Source: a virus
Lineage: Duplodnaviria > Caudoviricetes
IMG/VR virus record: IMGVR_UViG_3300012359_000030
Location: 1-53,473 of that record
Length of the DNA: 53,473 nucleotides
Direction: 5' to 3' (one strand)
Part shown: positions 1 through 9,224 of the stretch, piece after piece
Numbering within the stretch: position 1 is the first letter of the stretch
Layout of the letters: each line of letters opens with the position of its first letter
Notes under the pieces: model-generated
Seen by the model: the letters and a program-made list of their open reading frames with translations, nothing else
Database searches by the model: none
What the model was told of the DNA's origin: nothing
Program-made: the position numbers and the translations under genes

Positions 1-4
1 ATTC

Positions 5-1474
5 ATGATTCAGGCGATTAGAACTATTAGCCCGCGTACCAATGAAAATTCTCCTACATTAATTTTGAAAGATGGTCAATTCAAGCGATATAGAGATGAT
101 GGATCATGCTATATGGTTCGCTGTATCTGGACTGACCAGAATCTAACTCCATTATATTTTGAGGAAATAGATGAAGATGAATATTATGATGTTCTTTATA
201 AAGCAGATCTCAATCCGAAAGACATTTATGGCGAGAGTTGGATCAAGCATGTCATGGCGGTGAATCGGGTAATTAATTCGCTGGAATCCTCAGCATTTGA
301 ATATAACTACCGTGTAGCCAAAGGACGTATCGTAGTTGATAAAGATTCAGGAGTGAAACAGATTCACAACGTTCATGGGGAGATTATTTCGAAGAATAGA
401 GGGTCAGAAGTCAAAGCATTGGATATGTCCCCCCTTCCCGTAGCAGTTCCCCAGCAAATCGAACGCATGTGGAGGTACTTGGAAGACATTTCAGGTCTTC
501 ACGAGGCTTCATTAGGCCGGATTCCTACCGGAGTGAAGTCAGGAGTCGGTGTAGCGGAACTAAAACAAGCCGATGCCACCTCTCAAGACGATTTAGTAGA
601 CAATTTAGAGGACTTTTTGGAAGAAGTAGCACGGAAACTTCTGAAAGTAATCGCTAAAAACATGGATACCTACCAGATAATCAAAGATTTGGGTGCGAGA
701 GAGGGTCAGGAGAAATATTTCGTGGCTATTGGTGAGAAATTCAACAAGAAAAAGGGCAAAGCCCAGATTCCGGGTCACGAAGGACAGATAAAAATGGGCG
801 CAGACTGGTTCGATATCGCCGAAATCAAAGAAGACAACCATGTACGGGTGAATGTCGGCTCCTGGTTGGGTTATACCAAGGAAGCCATGCAGCAAAAAGT
901 CATCCAATACTACCAATTGCAACTAATCGACCAGGCTACAGCTCTCAGACTCTTAGAATTCGGAGATGTAGATACTATTATCCAGCAATCCAGATTAGAG
1001 CAACTTCTGAAACGTCCTCCGCAAATGGGAGCGAACGGCCAGCCGATGCCCGATCAATATTCATTAGCCATGAGCGAGAATGACATGATGCTGGATGGGA
1101 CAGTAGCGACTCCGAGGGACGCTATTTCATTAGTAGAGAAAGATCAGGATCACGTTGTTCATTTAGCAGTCCATCAGGAAGCATTAGGTCGCGGAGCAGA
1201 TGAATTAATCGGTGTTCACATGGACGCACATCAACACTTCTTAGGACTCGGACAATCGAATATGAACGCAATGCAACAATCTCAAGGAGGTCAGACTTCA
1301 CCAGGACCGCAAGCTCCCACCCAACCATCATCCATGCCATCCCCCGCAGGGATGCCCTCAGCCCCAAGACCGATGGGACTCCCCGGACAGAACTTACCTC
1401 AACAGAACGTCCCTCAAAATATGGCAGCGATCAATCAGAACGCTTCACAGAACGCAGGGGGAATATTGTCATGA
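5..1474 (+). CDS. Phage portal protein (P22-like), 5' truncated by window edge
   Basis: Portal-like motifs (IYGESWIK, LEDISGLHEASLG, SGVGVAEL) and a Q/P-rich C-terminal tail typical of P22-type portals. Confidence 0.8.
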   Translation: MIQAIRTISPRTNENSPTLILKDGQFKRYRDDGSCYMVRCIWTDQNLTPLYFEEIDEDEYYDVLYKADLNPKDIYGESWIKHVMAVNRVINSLESSAFEYNYRVAKGRIVVDKDSGVKQIHNVHGEIISKNRGSEVKALDMSPLPVAVPQQIERMWRYLEDISGLHEASLGRIPTGVKSGVGVAELKQADATSQDDLVDNLEDFLEEVARKLLKVIAKNMDTYQIIKDLGAREGQEKYFVAIGEKFNKKKGKAQIPGHEGQIKMGADWFDIAEIKEDNHVRVNVGSWLGYTKEAMQQKVIQYYQLQLIDQATALRLLEFGDVDTIIQQSRLEQLLKRPPQMGANGQPMPDQYSLAMSENDMMLDGTVATPRDAISLVEKDQDHVVHLAVHQEALGRGADELIGVHMDAHQHFLGLGQSNMNAMQQSQGGQTSPGPQAPTQPSSMPSPAGMPSAPRPMGLPGQNLPQQNVPQNMAAINQNASQNAGGILS

Positions 1475-1480
1475 AAACAT

Positions 1481-1511
1481 AAAAAAGGGAAGATCAACTA
1501 TTGACCTTCCC
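1481..1511 (-). terminator. Intrinsic terminator between the convergent portal and isochorismatase genes
   Basis: Inverted repeat GGGAAGATCAA-cta-TTGACCTTCCC preceded by an A6 tract (U-tract on the minus strand). Confidence 0.7.
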
Positions 1512-1539
1512 CGAACGGTGAATTTCTCACCCCTTACTC

Positions 1540-2139
1540 TTATTGCAATTCAATGGCGGTCTCGCTCTCTGCGATGGTTGCTACTTTAGCGAGTAGCCTG
1601 ATTGCTTCGTCATGATCTTCCTTTGTTGCTGCTGCACACAAGTCTTCAAGTACAATGACACGATAATCTCTGTCATGCGCGTCTCGTGCAGTACTCTGGA
1701 CTGCCAGATCAGTTGCTACTCCTGCAATAAGGAGGGTATCAGCTCTCTGTTCCTTGAGTACCTCGTCAAGCGTTGTGTTGTAGAATGCGCTAACACGATG
1801 CTTTGTGATGACCTTATCTGTAGGTTGTATCGTGATTGCATTATGAATTTCTGTCGCCCACGTACCAAGTTGCAATGCGCCGAATTTCTTTGCGCCTCCA
1901 AACAATGGCGAGCCGGATGGCAAGTCTGTATAGTCAGGCGAGAAACCGACACGAACGAACATCACGGGGATACCTTTTGCTCGCGCTTTCTCTATCGCAC
2001 GATTTAGCTTTGCGAACGTATCATGCGTGGAGACAAAAGCAGCATAGCCTTTTCCAGCCAGCTTTCCTTTGGTATCGACAATTTCGTTAATATAGTCGAT
2101 TATGAGTAATGCAGTTTTTTGTTTGCCTTGTGTTTCCAT
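1540..2139 (-). CDS. Isochorismatase/nicotinamidase-family cysteine hydrolase
   Basis: ALLIIDYINE, KHRVSAFYNT, IAGVATDLAVQSTARDAHDRDY motifs; the usual nucleophile Cys position reads Ala. Confidence 0.9.
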   Translation of the reverse strand: METQGKQKTALLIIDYINEIVDTKGKLAGKGYAAFVSTHDTFAKLNRAIEKARAKGIPVMFVRVGFSPDYTDLPSGSPLFGGAKKFGALQLGTWATEIHNAITIQPTDKVITKHRVSAFYNTTLDEVLKEQRADTLLIAGVATDLAVQSTARDAHDRDYRVIVLEDLCAAATKEDHDEAIRLLAKVATIAESETAIELQ

Positions 2140-2828
2140 AATGTAATCCCTTCTTGATCTCGTAAGTAACTAGTAAAGTCGTCTTGCGTTTCAAACAAGA
2201 AATCAGGCTTGAATAGCTGTAGATAAGCTGACGGATGATAACCATATCCGACGCATGCAATATCTACTGGCACGTCTTTACAATACAATATATCACTAGC
2301 CAAGTCTCCAACATAGAGGGCATCGTCTTTTTTACTACCTACGAGAGAAAGCGCATGATTGATCTTCTCAGTCTTGGTTTTACGCATCTCTCGACCGAAT
2401 ACACCCATCAAATACTCAGGGTGATATTCTTTACACTTTCCCAAAACTTTGTGTACTGCTTCTGAGTAACTTGATGTGATAACAATCTTTGGGATGAGAC
2501 ACGCAGACAATGAGCGCACTACCTGATAAAATGGCTCCACTTCCAAAGCTCGTAAACTCATTGCTCTCGAATGGAGATCAAAAAAGTGCTTCGTTTGCGT
2601 GTCATCTAATCCAAAACGATAGAGTGAGTGTCGAAGCTCTACGCTATAGACTGTGGTCATATCCTCTTGACTCAGTACGTGCGGTATCTGAGGATAGGTT
2701 GTATGAGAAATCTTATTAATTTCTTCCATACAAACCTGCATAGAGTCTGACAACACCCCGTCAAAATCCAAAAGCAATAGTTTGTATCGTCCGGTTGTCA
2801 TGGCGATTACCTCCCTAAGAACGGCCAA
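2100..2828 (-). CDS. HAD-family phosphatase (true start may be Met at 2801)
   Basis: Motif I LLDFDGVLSDS, motif II ITS, motif IV YVGDLASDI. Confidence 0.9.
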   Translation of the reverse strand: MAVLREVIAMTTGRYKLLLLDFDGVLSDSMQVCMEEINKISHTTYPQIPHVLSQEDMTTVYSVELRHSLYRFGLDDTQTKHFFDLHSRAMSLRALEVEPFYQVVRSLSACLIPKIVITSSYSEAVHKVLGKCKEYHPEYLMGVFGREMRKTKTEKINHALSLVGSKKDDALYVGDLASDILYCKDVPVDIACVGYGYHPSAYLQLFKPDFLFETQDDFTSYLRDQEGITLWKHKANKKLHYS

Positions 2829-3487
2829 CTATATGAACTGGGAGTGCGGTAAAATTCAAGAAGCATGCTTGCTTCTTCCCGTGTGAGTTTTCCAAGTTGC
2901 ACACCTACGTCGAGGATATTGGGATAACTTGTCAATGACAGTATCCGCAAATCTCTGGGGTCAAACCGCTTCCACATGCTGTCAAAACACCAGTTCGTCA
3001 CAGTCACGAAGCCGAGGGTAGTAATCTGGTACTCTTCTTGTAAAGCATCAATAGCTTTTTCAATCGAGCCGCCGCTACTACACAAATCGTCAATGATAAC
3101 TGCACGAAGCCCCTTCGGAGGGTTGCATTCTACCAGTTTCCCTATGCCATGCGCTTTTTCAACGCTACGCACAAAACACATCGGTAAATGAGTCTTGCTT
3201 GCTACACGAGCAGCCCAGGGGATACCCGCTGTTGCAAGTCCTACGATTAGTTGCGCATCTGGATAGGCAATACGCACTATCTCTTCGAAAAAACTTGCGC
3301 ATAGTTCATAGGCTTCATACGATGTATTCAGGTACCGGCAATTGCAATAGACAGGTGCTTTAATGCCACTCTTCCAAACAAACCAATCTTCTCTCGGTCT
3401 GGAAAAGTCCACAAGATATGAACCTGTGTCATACAATGCTTTCGCAGTTTGGTTCGCTAGTGATTGACTAAAAACCGTTGTTCGCAT
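2807..3487 (-). CDS. pyrE: Orotate phosphoribosyltransferase-like type I PRTase
   Basis: FVWKSGIKAPVYCNCR, GLATAGIPWA, KAHG loop, PRPP-binding VIIDDLCSSGGS; AGGAG SD upstream. Confidence 0.85.
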   Translation of the reverse strand: MRTTVFSQSLANQTAKALYDTGSYLVDFSRPREDWFVWKSGIKAPVYCNCRYLNTSYEAYELCASFFEEIVRIAYPDAQLIVGLATAGIPWAARVASKTHLPMCFVRSVEKAHGIGKLVECNPPKGLRAVIIDDLCSSGGSIEKAIDALQEEYQITTLGFVTVTNWCFDSMWKRFDPRDLRILSLTSYPNILDVGVQLGKLTREEASMLLEFYRTPSSYSWPFLGR

Positions 3488-3522
3488 TGATTTTTTTCTC
3501 CTTTTTGTTAATGATCCTGCAT

Positions 3523-3551
3523 AAAAAAATCACCCTCTATGAGAGAGTGAT
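3523..3551 (-). terminator. Terminator/attenuator hairpin in the pyrE-like leader
   Basis: Minus strand ATCACTCTCT-cat-AGAGGGTGAT followed by a U-tract, about 35 nt before the start codon. Confidence 0.7.
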
Positions 3552-3592
3552 CGCAACTATTGATTATTCTAAATTCTAGAATAATATACGAC

Positions 3593-3621
3593 ATTATATC
3601 TGTAGCTAATGCTTTTGTCAA
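3593..3621 (-). promoter_or_regulatory. Consensus sigma70 promoter for the PRTase cassette
   Basis: Minus strand TTGACA-17 bp-TATAAT exact match. Confidence 0.85.
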
Positions 3622-3636
3622 TGGCAAATACTATAA

Positions 3637-3963
3637 TTAGCTTATTTTGTCAGAAAAACTTACTTTTTTAAGCAAATTTCTAATTTTCCGCTTACTAGCA
3701 AAATAAAGATCTTCTATGCCCTCATGATAGAAGAAATGCCAGAATATAAAGAACGGATTACTCCACTTCCTGACTAATTCTTCATGTCCTAATTTTGCTT
3801 GGGTCTCGGTTGTGTATCTGTAAATATCAACATTACTATAACTTCCTCTTATAAAGACCATGCTCTCGAATAGTAATGGCGGACCATGATAAAAAGCATA
3901 ATCTACTCCTAACCACACTGTTGATACCCGGAACAGATTGAAAAAGACATAATCCTCCTTCAC
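3637..3963 (-). CDS. Phage hypothetical protein
   Basis: VSTVWLG...PPLLFESMVF motif recurrent in phage small proteins; start uncertain. Confidence 0.6.
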   Translation of the reverse strand: MKEDYVFFNLFRVSTVWLGVDYAFYHGPPLLFESMVFIRGSYSNVDIYRYTTETQAKLGHEELVRKWSNPFFIFWHFFYHEGIEDLYFASKRKIRNLLKKVSFSDKIS

Positions 3964-4127
3964 TCTTTTATTCTCATCGAACCATTTCTTATAATCCTCA
4001 GAGGTAATTGGCTCAGGAGATCCTTTAGCCCAATCTAAAACATTAGTATATCCGATACCTTCTCTTGAGTATAAGTGGTATCGTTCTCCTGTCTTTGGAT
4101 CAATCCAATTCTTTGAATCTAGTAATC

Positions 4128-4319
4128 TTAGCGTTTTGTCTTTCGTTCTTCTGTCAAATCTCTCACTCGTAATTCTTGAACTTGATGAATCTCACCATTT
4201 ATATTAATAATATATAACTTAGTCGCCATGACTGGAATCCACACTTTAACCTCATCCCCGATCAGGACTTCGATGATTTTATTTCCTTTCGTTTCGATAG
4301 CTAGTAAATCTTTAGTCAT
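4128..4319 (-). CDS. Hypothetical protein
   Basis: ORF in a co-oriented minus-strand cluster. Confidence 0.5.
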   Translation of the reverse strand: MTKDLLAIETKGNKIIEVLIGDEVKVWIPVMATKLYIININGEIHQVQELRVRDLTEERKTKR

Positions 4320-4461
4320 TTTTCGTGTCTTGGGGCGTATTTCCCGAGTAATTCAAGGAACTCAGACTTGAGTTGCATAACTTCCTCACCTGTTAGTCCC
4401 GGAGGTATAACGAAACCGGGAGCCGGATCTTTCCCCTCTTTACAATGACAAATAAAAGATT

Positions 4462-4695
4462 TCATATTTTCTCACCATCAGGCAAGTATTCATTCAAAGT
4501 CTCATAAAGATTCTCAATAACCTCCCCATTAGCTTTCAAAGCATTCCTCAATGCAACTGTCTGAATAATCCAGCACATAAAGATACTCATTAAGAACAGA
4601 GCCGTTCCAATGAGAACAAATAACAATCCTCTAATAAAGTGTTGCTGTTGAAGCAATAGTTCCGATTGTAATTGTAATAAATCTACTATTTTCAT
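4462..4695 (-). CDS. Small membrane protein
   Basis: One hydrophobic segment; ATGA overlap with the upstream gene. Confidence 0.55.
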   Translation of the reverse strand: MKIVDLLQLQSELLLQQQHFIRGLLFVLIGTALFLMSIFMCWIIQTVALRNALKANGEVIENLYETLNEYLPDGEKI

Positions 4696-5111
4696 AATAA
4701 TCGTTCTTTCTTTAAATAAAGATACATCTTCGCGGCTGCATCGGCAATCAATGATGCTTCAAAAAATGGCGCAATCCATTCCTTACTATTTCTATATCCA
4801 ACTGCGAAACCTTTTAATTCTGAGGAGATTTCTTCCAAATGGTTCGCTGGCTCTATGCATAACCAATAAACAGAATGATTCTTTTTTATTTCTCTTGGTA
4901 AGACATCCACTATCTCGTCAAAGGTTGGAGCAAGAACTTTTATCAATTCTCTTGCTGCTAATAAATTGTTATGCATCAACAAAACATATCCCTTTTCTTT
5001 TTCAATCTCATTAGGTGCTCCTTGATAATACCAACTGCCCAGATGACAAACATCTTGCGGGTATCCCGCTTCTTTTAATTGTTTAGCTAATTCTAATGAT
5101 ACGGTTTTCAT
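4692..5111 (-). CDS. Phage hypothetical protein
   Basis: VSLELAKQLKEAGYPQ N-terminus and ADAAAKMYLYL C-terminus, a recurrent phage family. Confidence 0.7.
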   Translation of the reverse strand: MKTVSLELAKQLKEAGYPQDVCHLGSWYYQGAPNEIEKEKGYVLLMHNNLLAARELIKVLAPTFDEIVDVLPREIKKNHSVYWLCIEPANHLEEISSELKGFAVGYRNSKEWIAPFFEASLIADAAAKMYLYLKKERLL

Positions 5112-5159
5112 GTTATTTCGTAAGATATTTCAGTTAGTCCTACTTCCAATCGAGCATCT

Positions 5160-5459
5160 TCACTGAGCATTCCCATACCTTCTTATCGCGTTCTCCATAA
5201 AAGCAGGAATCGTTAACTGCGCTACTGCCATGAAACAAAGTTTATGAAGTGCCGTCCTCTTCGTATCATCGGGTTGTGTTTCAAGTTCAGGGTCATCTCT
5301 ATTATACCCGATACTCGATATCCAGACTTCCCTATCACAAAAAACACAGCGATTTTCCATCAAGGTTGGCTTGCCTTTAGAGATAGCTTTTGCTTCAAAT
5401 TCGCCCATTGCCAATGGTTTAATTTGTTTGAGAACCTCACTAGATAAATCCATGCGCAT
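5160..5459 (-). CDS. Hypothetical protein, possible Zn-binding
   Basis: CxxC...HxxC. Confidence 0.55.
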   Translation of the reverse strand: MRMDLSSEVLKQIKPLAMGEFEAKAISKGKPTLMENRCVFCDREVWISSIGYNRDDPELETQPDDTKRTALHKLCFMAVAQLTIPAFMENAIRRYGNAQ

Positions 5460-5488
5460 ACTATAGCAGATACGAGGATGATGAGCAA

Positions 5489-5779
5489 CTAGATATAATC
5501 ATCAGCGTTCATCTCGCCGCGTTTTCTTATGAAGGTTTTCGGCCGAGGATTGAGAATCTTTTCTTTCATCTCCTTAGTCAAAGGGATTTTGAGTCCTAGG
5601 ATAGATTTTGGGTCAGGGATCTTCTTTTGAACTCCCAGCTCTTCCAATTGGGGAATAGGATTCAAAAAACTCTCTAAAGATATCCGTATAACAGACGAGA
5701 AAGAGAGATTATTTTTGAAGCCATAATTCTTGGCCCGTTTATATAGATCTTCAGATAGTGAGACATTCGTTCTAATCAT
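5489..5779 (-). CDS. Ribbon-helix-helix (CopG/antitoxin-like) DNA-binding protein
   Basis: MIRTNVSLSEDLYKRAK...SFSSVIRISLE RHH pattern; ATG at 5779. Confidence 0.7.
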   Translation of the reverse strand: MIRTNVSLSEDLYKRAKNYGFKNNLSFSSVIRISLESFLNPIPQLEELGVQKKIPDPKSILGLKIPLTKEMKEKILNPRPKTFIRKRGEMNADDYI

Positions 5780-5784
5780 ACACA

Positions 5785-5810
5785 ATTACACAATTGTATC
5801 ATTGTGTAAT
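5785..5810. promoter_or_regulatory. Palindromic operator upstream of the RHH gene
   Basis: ATTACACAAT-6 bp-ATTGTGTAAT perfect inverted repeat plus tandem TACACAAT. Confidence 0.6.
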
Positions 5811-6370
5811 AAATATGGATAGATGGGACCCAAGGTAACGGTTTGTGGAATATACGGGTACCTGGATGAGGGTCACTGACATCTATAGAATTGGGAAAGT
5901 AGGAACCATGAGGGTTTTGTATATGGGGATTGATAGCGAGATTGATATAAAATATTATATCCGACCACCCTCAAGAAACTGTCCCGGCAACATATCCGTA
6001 CACCTGGATGGGGGTATCTTGCCTATCCAAGCTCAAATAAAGGCCGATACGATCTCCTATTCAAGACCAACATGACGCTACCTACATCTCTATGTTAATA
6101 ACCTCATATAGCTCAAATTATGACCTCACAGCCCTATCTATCCTCAATCATCCATTAATTACATGTTCAATCACTGCATTACCACTATGAGCCGTCGTCA
6201 TGCTCATATTAATCACTCTAGCCTCAAATCTATGTCGCACAATAAATAATCTACGACATAACCAACGATTTTTAAACCATCTCAGCCTCGAATGTTATAT
6301 CTCAAGCGTTCGAAAATAAATACATCGACACATGCTAGTATCCTACGCTCGCAATCACTCGCGATTACAA

Positions 6371-6838
6371 TCAATCATCAATGATATCGATTATTCCTTC
6401 TTTCTCCTCAAATTCTTCGATCGTCAATCTCCTCTTCAATCCTTCAGTTTCTTTTATATTCACTTGATACACATCATGTAATAGCTTCATTGCGACTAGC
6501 TGTGTTTTTCTATCTTTTTTTGTGATTATGTTCCCTTCTTTGTCCCTTAATACTCCTGTCATTGTGATAATTGGGTCGCTTGCGTCTAGTAATTCATCCA
6601 TCTTTTTAGCTAATCTTTGAGGATTTATGCCGTGCTTCTCAAGTTCGTATCTGTAATTATCAAGTAGACTCTTGACTAATGGCTTATTCATTACGTTCTT
6701 GCCTATGTTTTTTACCGTATTCGGTGCATATCCGGCTTGTCTTCCCGCTTCAGTAGGTGTCATATTGGGGTTTTCTTCTAATAATGCTACAACTTTAAGC
6801 ATTTTCTCTGAGGGTTTTTTGTGTTTTTGGTAGGGCAT
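6371..6838 (-). CDS. Terminase small subunit
   Basis: HTH with TEAGRQAGYA motif followed by a helical oligomerisation region and acidic tail. Confidence 0.7.
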   Translation of the reverse strand: MPYQKHKKPSEKMLKVVALLEENPNMTPTEAGRQAGYAPNTVKNIGKNVMNKPLVKSLLDNYRYELEKHGINPQRLAKKMDELLDASDPIITMTGVLRDKEGNIITKKDRKTQLVAMKLLHDVYQVNIKETEGLKRRLTIEEFEEKEGIIDIIDD

Positions 6839-6874
6839 ATATTAGCAATGTATATTATGAGTTAATAACCATGT

Positions 6875-7135
6875 CTATAGTAATGTATATCCAAATCCTC
6901 GTCTTGTTTCAAGCCTGATTGTCGATGGTAGTTTTTTACGTAGTCTAGCTATTGTGGTGTCTATGGCTCTATCTGTGTAGTAGTCGCGCCAGATGATTGA
7001 TTGTATTAAATCCCGTGTGCAAGTCTTCCCTTTGTTCTCATATAGGAATCTGAATAGATCATATTCACGCTTAGTCAATATTAACTCTTGATTGTCTATC
7101 TTTATTGACGCGTGTATATGGTCTATATATACCAT
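6875..7135 (-). CDS. Stand-alone OmpR/PhoB-type winged-helix (Trans_reg_C) protein
   Basis: LTKREYDLFRFL...TRDLI...DRAIDTTIARLRKKL...ETRRGFGY. Confidence 0.9.
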   Translation of the reverse strand: MVYIDHIHASIKIDNQELILTKREYDLFRFLYENKGKTCTRDLIQSIIWRDYYTDRAIDTTIARLRKKLPSTIRLETRRGFGYTLL

Positions 7136-7199
7136 ATATATAGTATAGCATATATTATACTATTTTTCGAGTATTATTATATTGTCCTATTTTACCCTC

Positions 7200-7228
7200 T
7201 TGACATTATGACCATGATAATGTATAAT
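7200..7228 (+). promoter_or_regulatory. Consensus sigma70 promoter
   Basis: TTGACA-17 bp-TATAAT exact match. Confidence 0.85.
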
Positions 7229-7405
7229 GCGCTCATACATTGATATACCAAGATCAATAAGACTTAGGGTATTAATGTATGGTGATTATCAGCTAGGTCT
7301 ACAAAAAAGTTAGTATGTAGCGCGAGGTAAAACTATAGCTCTAATCCTATATGCAAATATATAGGTAAGATTGAGCAATACAACACGCCTAGCCACAATA
7401 GATAT

Positions 7406-7726
7406 ATGAATAACGAAGTGACTACAATAGATTTAGCAAATTTTGGGTATCGAGAGATTGCGATAACAAAAGACATATTGACCGCATGGGTTGCTGGTGG
7501 CTTACCGGAGGATTTTTCTGATAGTGAGGTTACTATTATGTTTAATAGAAATAGCGGGAGTGTGTTTTTGACTAATAGTGATTATCAAGTAGCAATGGTT
7601 GTGGATGGGAAACTTGAATCATTTTATTCATGTCCTCAGTGTGGGAATGAAGGGTTTGAGGGGGAATATCCGTTTAGTGAATGTGGTGGATATTGCAGTA
7701 AAGAATGTGAGGATGAGAATATATGA
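7406..7726 (+). CDS. Phage early hypothetical protein, Zn-finger C-terminus
   Basis: FNRNSGSVFLTNSDYQV motif; CPQC...C...C...C. Confidence 0.7.
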   Translation: MNNEVTTIDLANFGYREIAITKDILTAWVAGGLPEDFSDSEVTIMFNRNSGSVFLTNSDYQVAMVVDGKLESFYSCPQCGNEGFEGEYPFSECGGYCSKECEDENI

Positions 7727-7995
7727 AGACTCTAACGAAACAATTTACCATATATACCTTTAACGAATTATCAGAAATTGCTAAATCAAAGGCTATAACT
7801 GATTATATTAATAGTTTCTTGGAATTAGATTATGAAATGCAATCAGATAACTGGAAGAAAGCGATTAATAAATCTGAAGAGATGCAAACACCATGGTTTT
7901 GTGCATTGTATGTATGGGAATATGACGAAGAAAATATAACAATAGAACTTGAAAAAGAATTATATCTACAGGATGGGATGGTAGTATATGAATAA
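7723..7995 (+). CDS. Phage hypothetical protein
   Basis: IYTFNELSEIAKSKAI recurrent phage motif. Confidence 0.65.
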   Translation: MKTLTKQFTIYTFNELSEIAKSKAITDYINSFLELDYEMQSDNWKKAINKSEEMQTPWFCALYVWEYDEENITIELEKELYLQDGMVVYE

Positions 7996-8025
7996 CAAAA
8001 TTAATAGGAATGTATATACGAATCT

Positions 8026-8235
8026 ATGAAAGATATAATGCAAAAAATAATTATTGAAACGCTATCAGGCGAAATGGCAACTTTAAATATTCCATTTAGG
8101 GAATATAAAAAGCCTTGGGGTACTTCATGCGAGCCTGCGAAAAGTATGCGAGTAATACTTTCACAATGTAAAACCTGGGTAGTTGCAGATAGCTATAGTG
8201 AATCACTATTTTTGCCTGAATATACGAGAAAATAA
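8026..8235 (+). CDS. Hypothetical protein
   Basis: Co-oriented ORF. Confidence 0.45.
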   Translation: MKDIMQKIIIETLSGEMATLNIPFREYKKPWGTSCEPAKSMRVILSQCKTWVVADSYSESLFLPEYTRK

Positions 8236-8439
8236 ATATATGAATACAATACAACTTTTTATCTATAAATTATTTTATATTCGATTTTATAAACAATGTT
8301 ATCTATTATAACTATGTATATCCCACCTATCATACTATTTTTCTTAATCTATTGGTTTCTTATTCGCAAGCCCGATGATCGTGATGATTATTGACCTCAT
8401 TGACTCTCTATAGCATATACGATATTATATTATCCATAT

Positions 8440-8643
8440 ATGGTGAAGCGAAAACATGCAATTATATCCAAAGACCGACGCGCGATTACCAAACTTGAAT
8501 GGGCTTTATTACTAGGTAAATCACGCCATACTATTACAGCACGTATAGAAGCATACGAGAAAGCATCGGGGGCTAGATATAATCCCTATGATATCTTTTC
8601 TGTATTACGTTTCTATAAATTCGTTCTCACAAATAGTGCTTAA
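8440..8643 (+). CDS. Small putative DNA-binding protein
   Basis: Basic, HTH-like EWALLLGKSRHTI; preceded by TTGACT-17-TATTAT at about 8400-8428. Confidence 0.5.
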   Translation: MVKRKHAIISKDRRAITKLEWALLLGKSRHTITARIEAYEKASGARYNPYDIFSVLRFYKFVLTNSA

Positions 8644-8706
8644 CAATATGACTTTGATAATGTATATTATGTTAGCTGAGAGCTTAATAGAAAACCATAA
8701 ATAACT

Positions 8707-8979
8707 ATGACCAAACATAATAACATCTGGTGCGATAAATATAATGATCTTGTATTACCAGACGAACAGAATAATTGCTCTTTATGTGGCGCAGAATTAC
8801 ATGATGCTTCAAATGAGGACGCGCGAAATCTTGTAGATCATTTTGCTGCTGTTGCCTGTGAACGTGAAGAGCGGGAATGGGATGCGCGAAAATATCTCAC
8901 TATTAATGAAATAAGTGCTTATGATCTAGCGTATGAGTTAGCCTTTGGTGGAGATATAGACAAAGAAAAGGCTAAGTAA
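8707..8979 (+). CDS. Hypothetical protein
   Basis: ORF with CSLC. Confidence 0.5.
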   Translation: MTKHNNIWCDKYNDLVLPDEQNNCSLCGAELHDASNEDARNLVDHFAAVACEREEREWDARKYLTINEISAYDLAYELAFGGDIDKEKAK

Positions 8980-9224
8980 TTTCTACCTAGCCTTTGCGAA
9001 GAAAATCATTTTAGAAACCCATTAATTTCCTCCTCTCATTATATTGTTATTCTCCCTCAATAATAACAATATAGCATATAACATAGCAGATATATTATAA
9101 TTTTGCAATTATTTGATCAATATAAAATAGAATTCTATCAACATTATAATTAATGCAATACTAATAATTGACCATACTTTTAAGTTGTATATAAAATCCT
9201 CGCGCTTATTATCTTCTATAGTTT

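Noticed and set aside
1495-3563. CAACTATTGA 10-bp direct repeat flanking the PRTase cassette (1495-1504, 3554-3563) as a target-site duplication
   Set aside because: One copy is part of the terminator hairpin, the promoter lies outside the repeats, and no transposase or terminal inverted repeats are visible; may be chance
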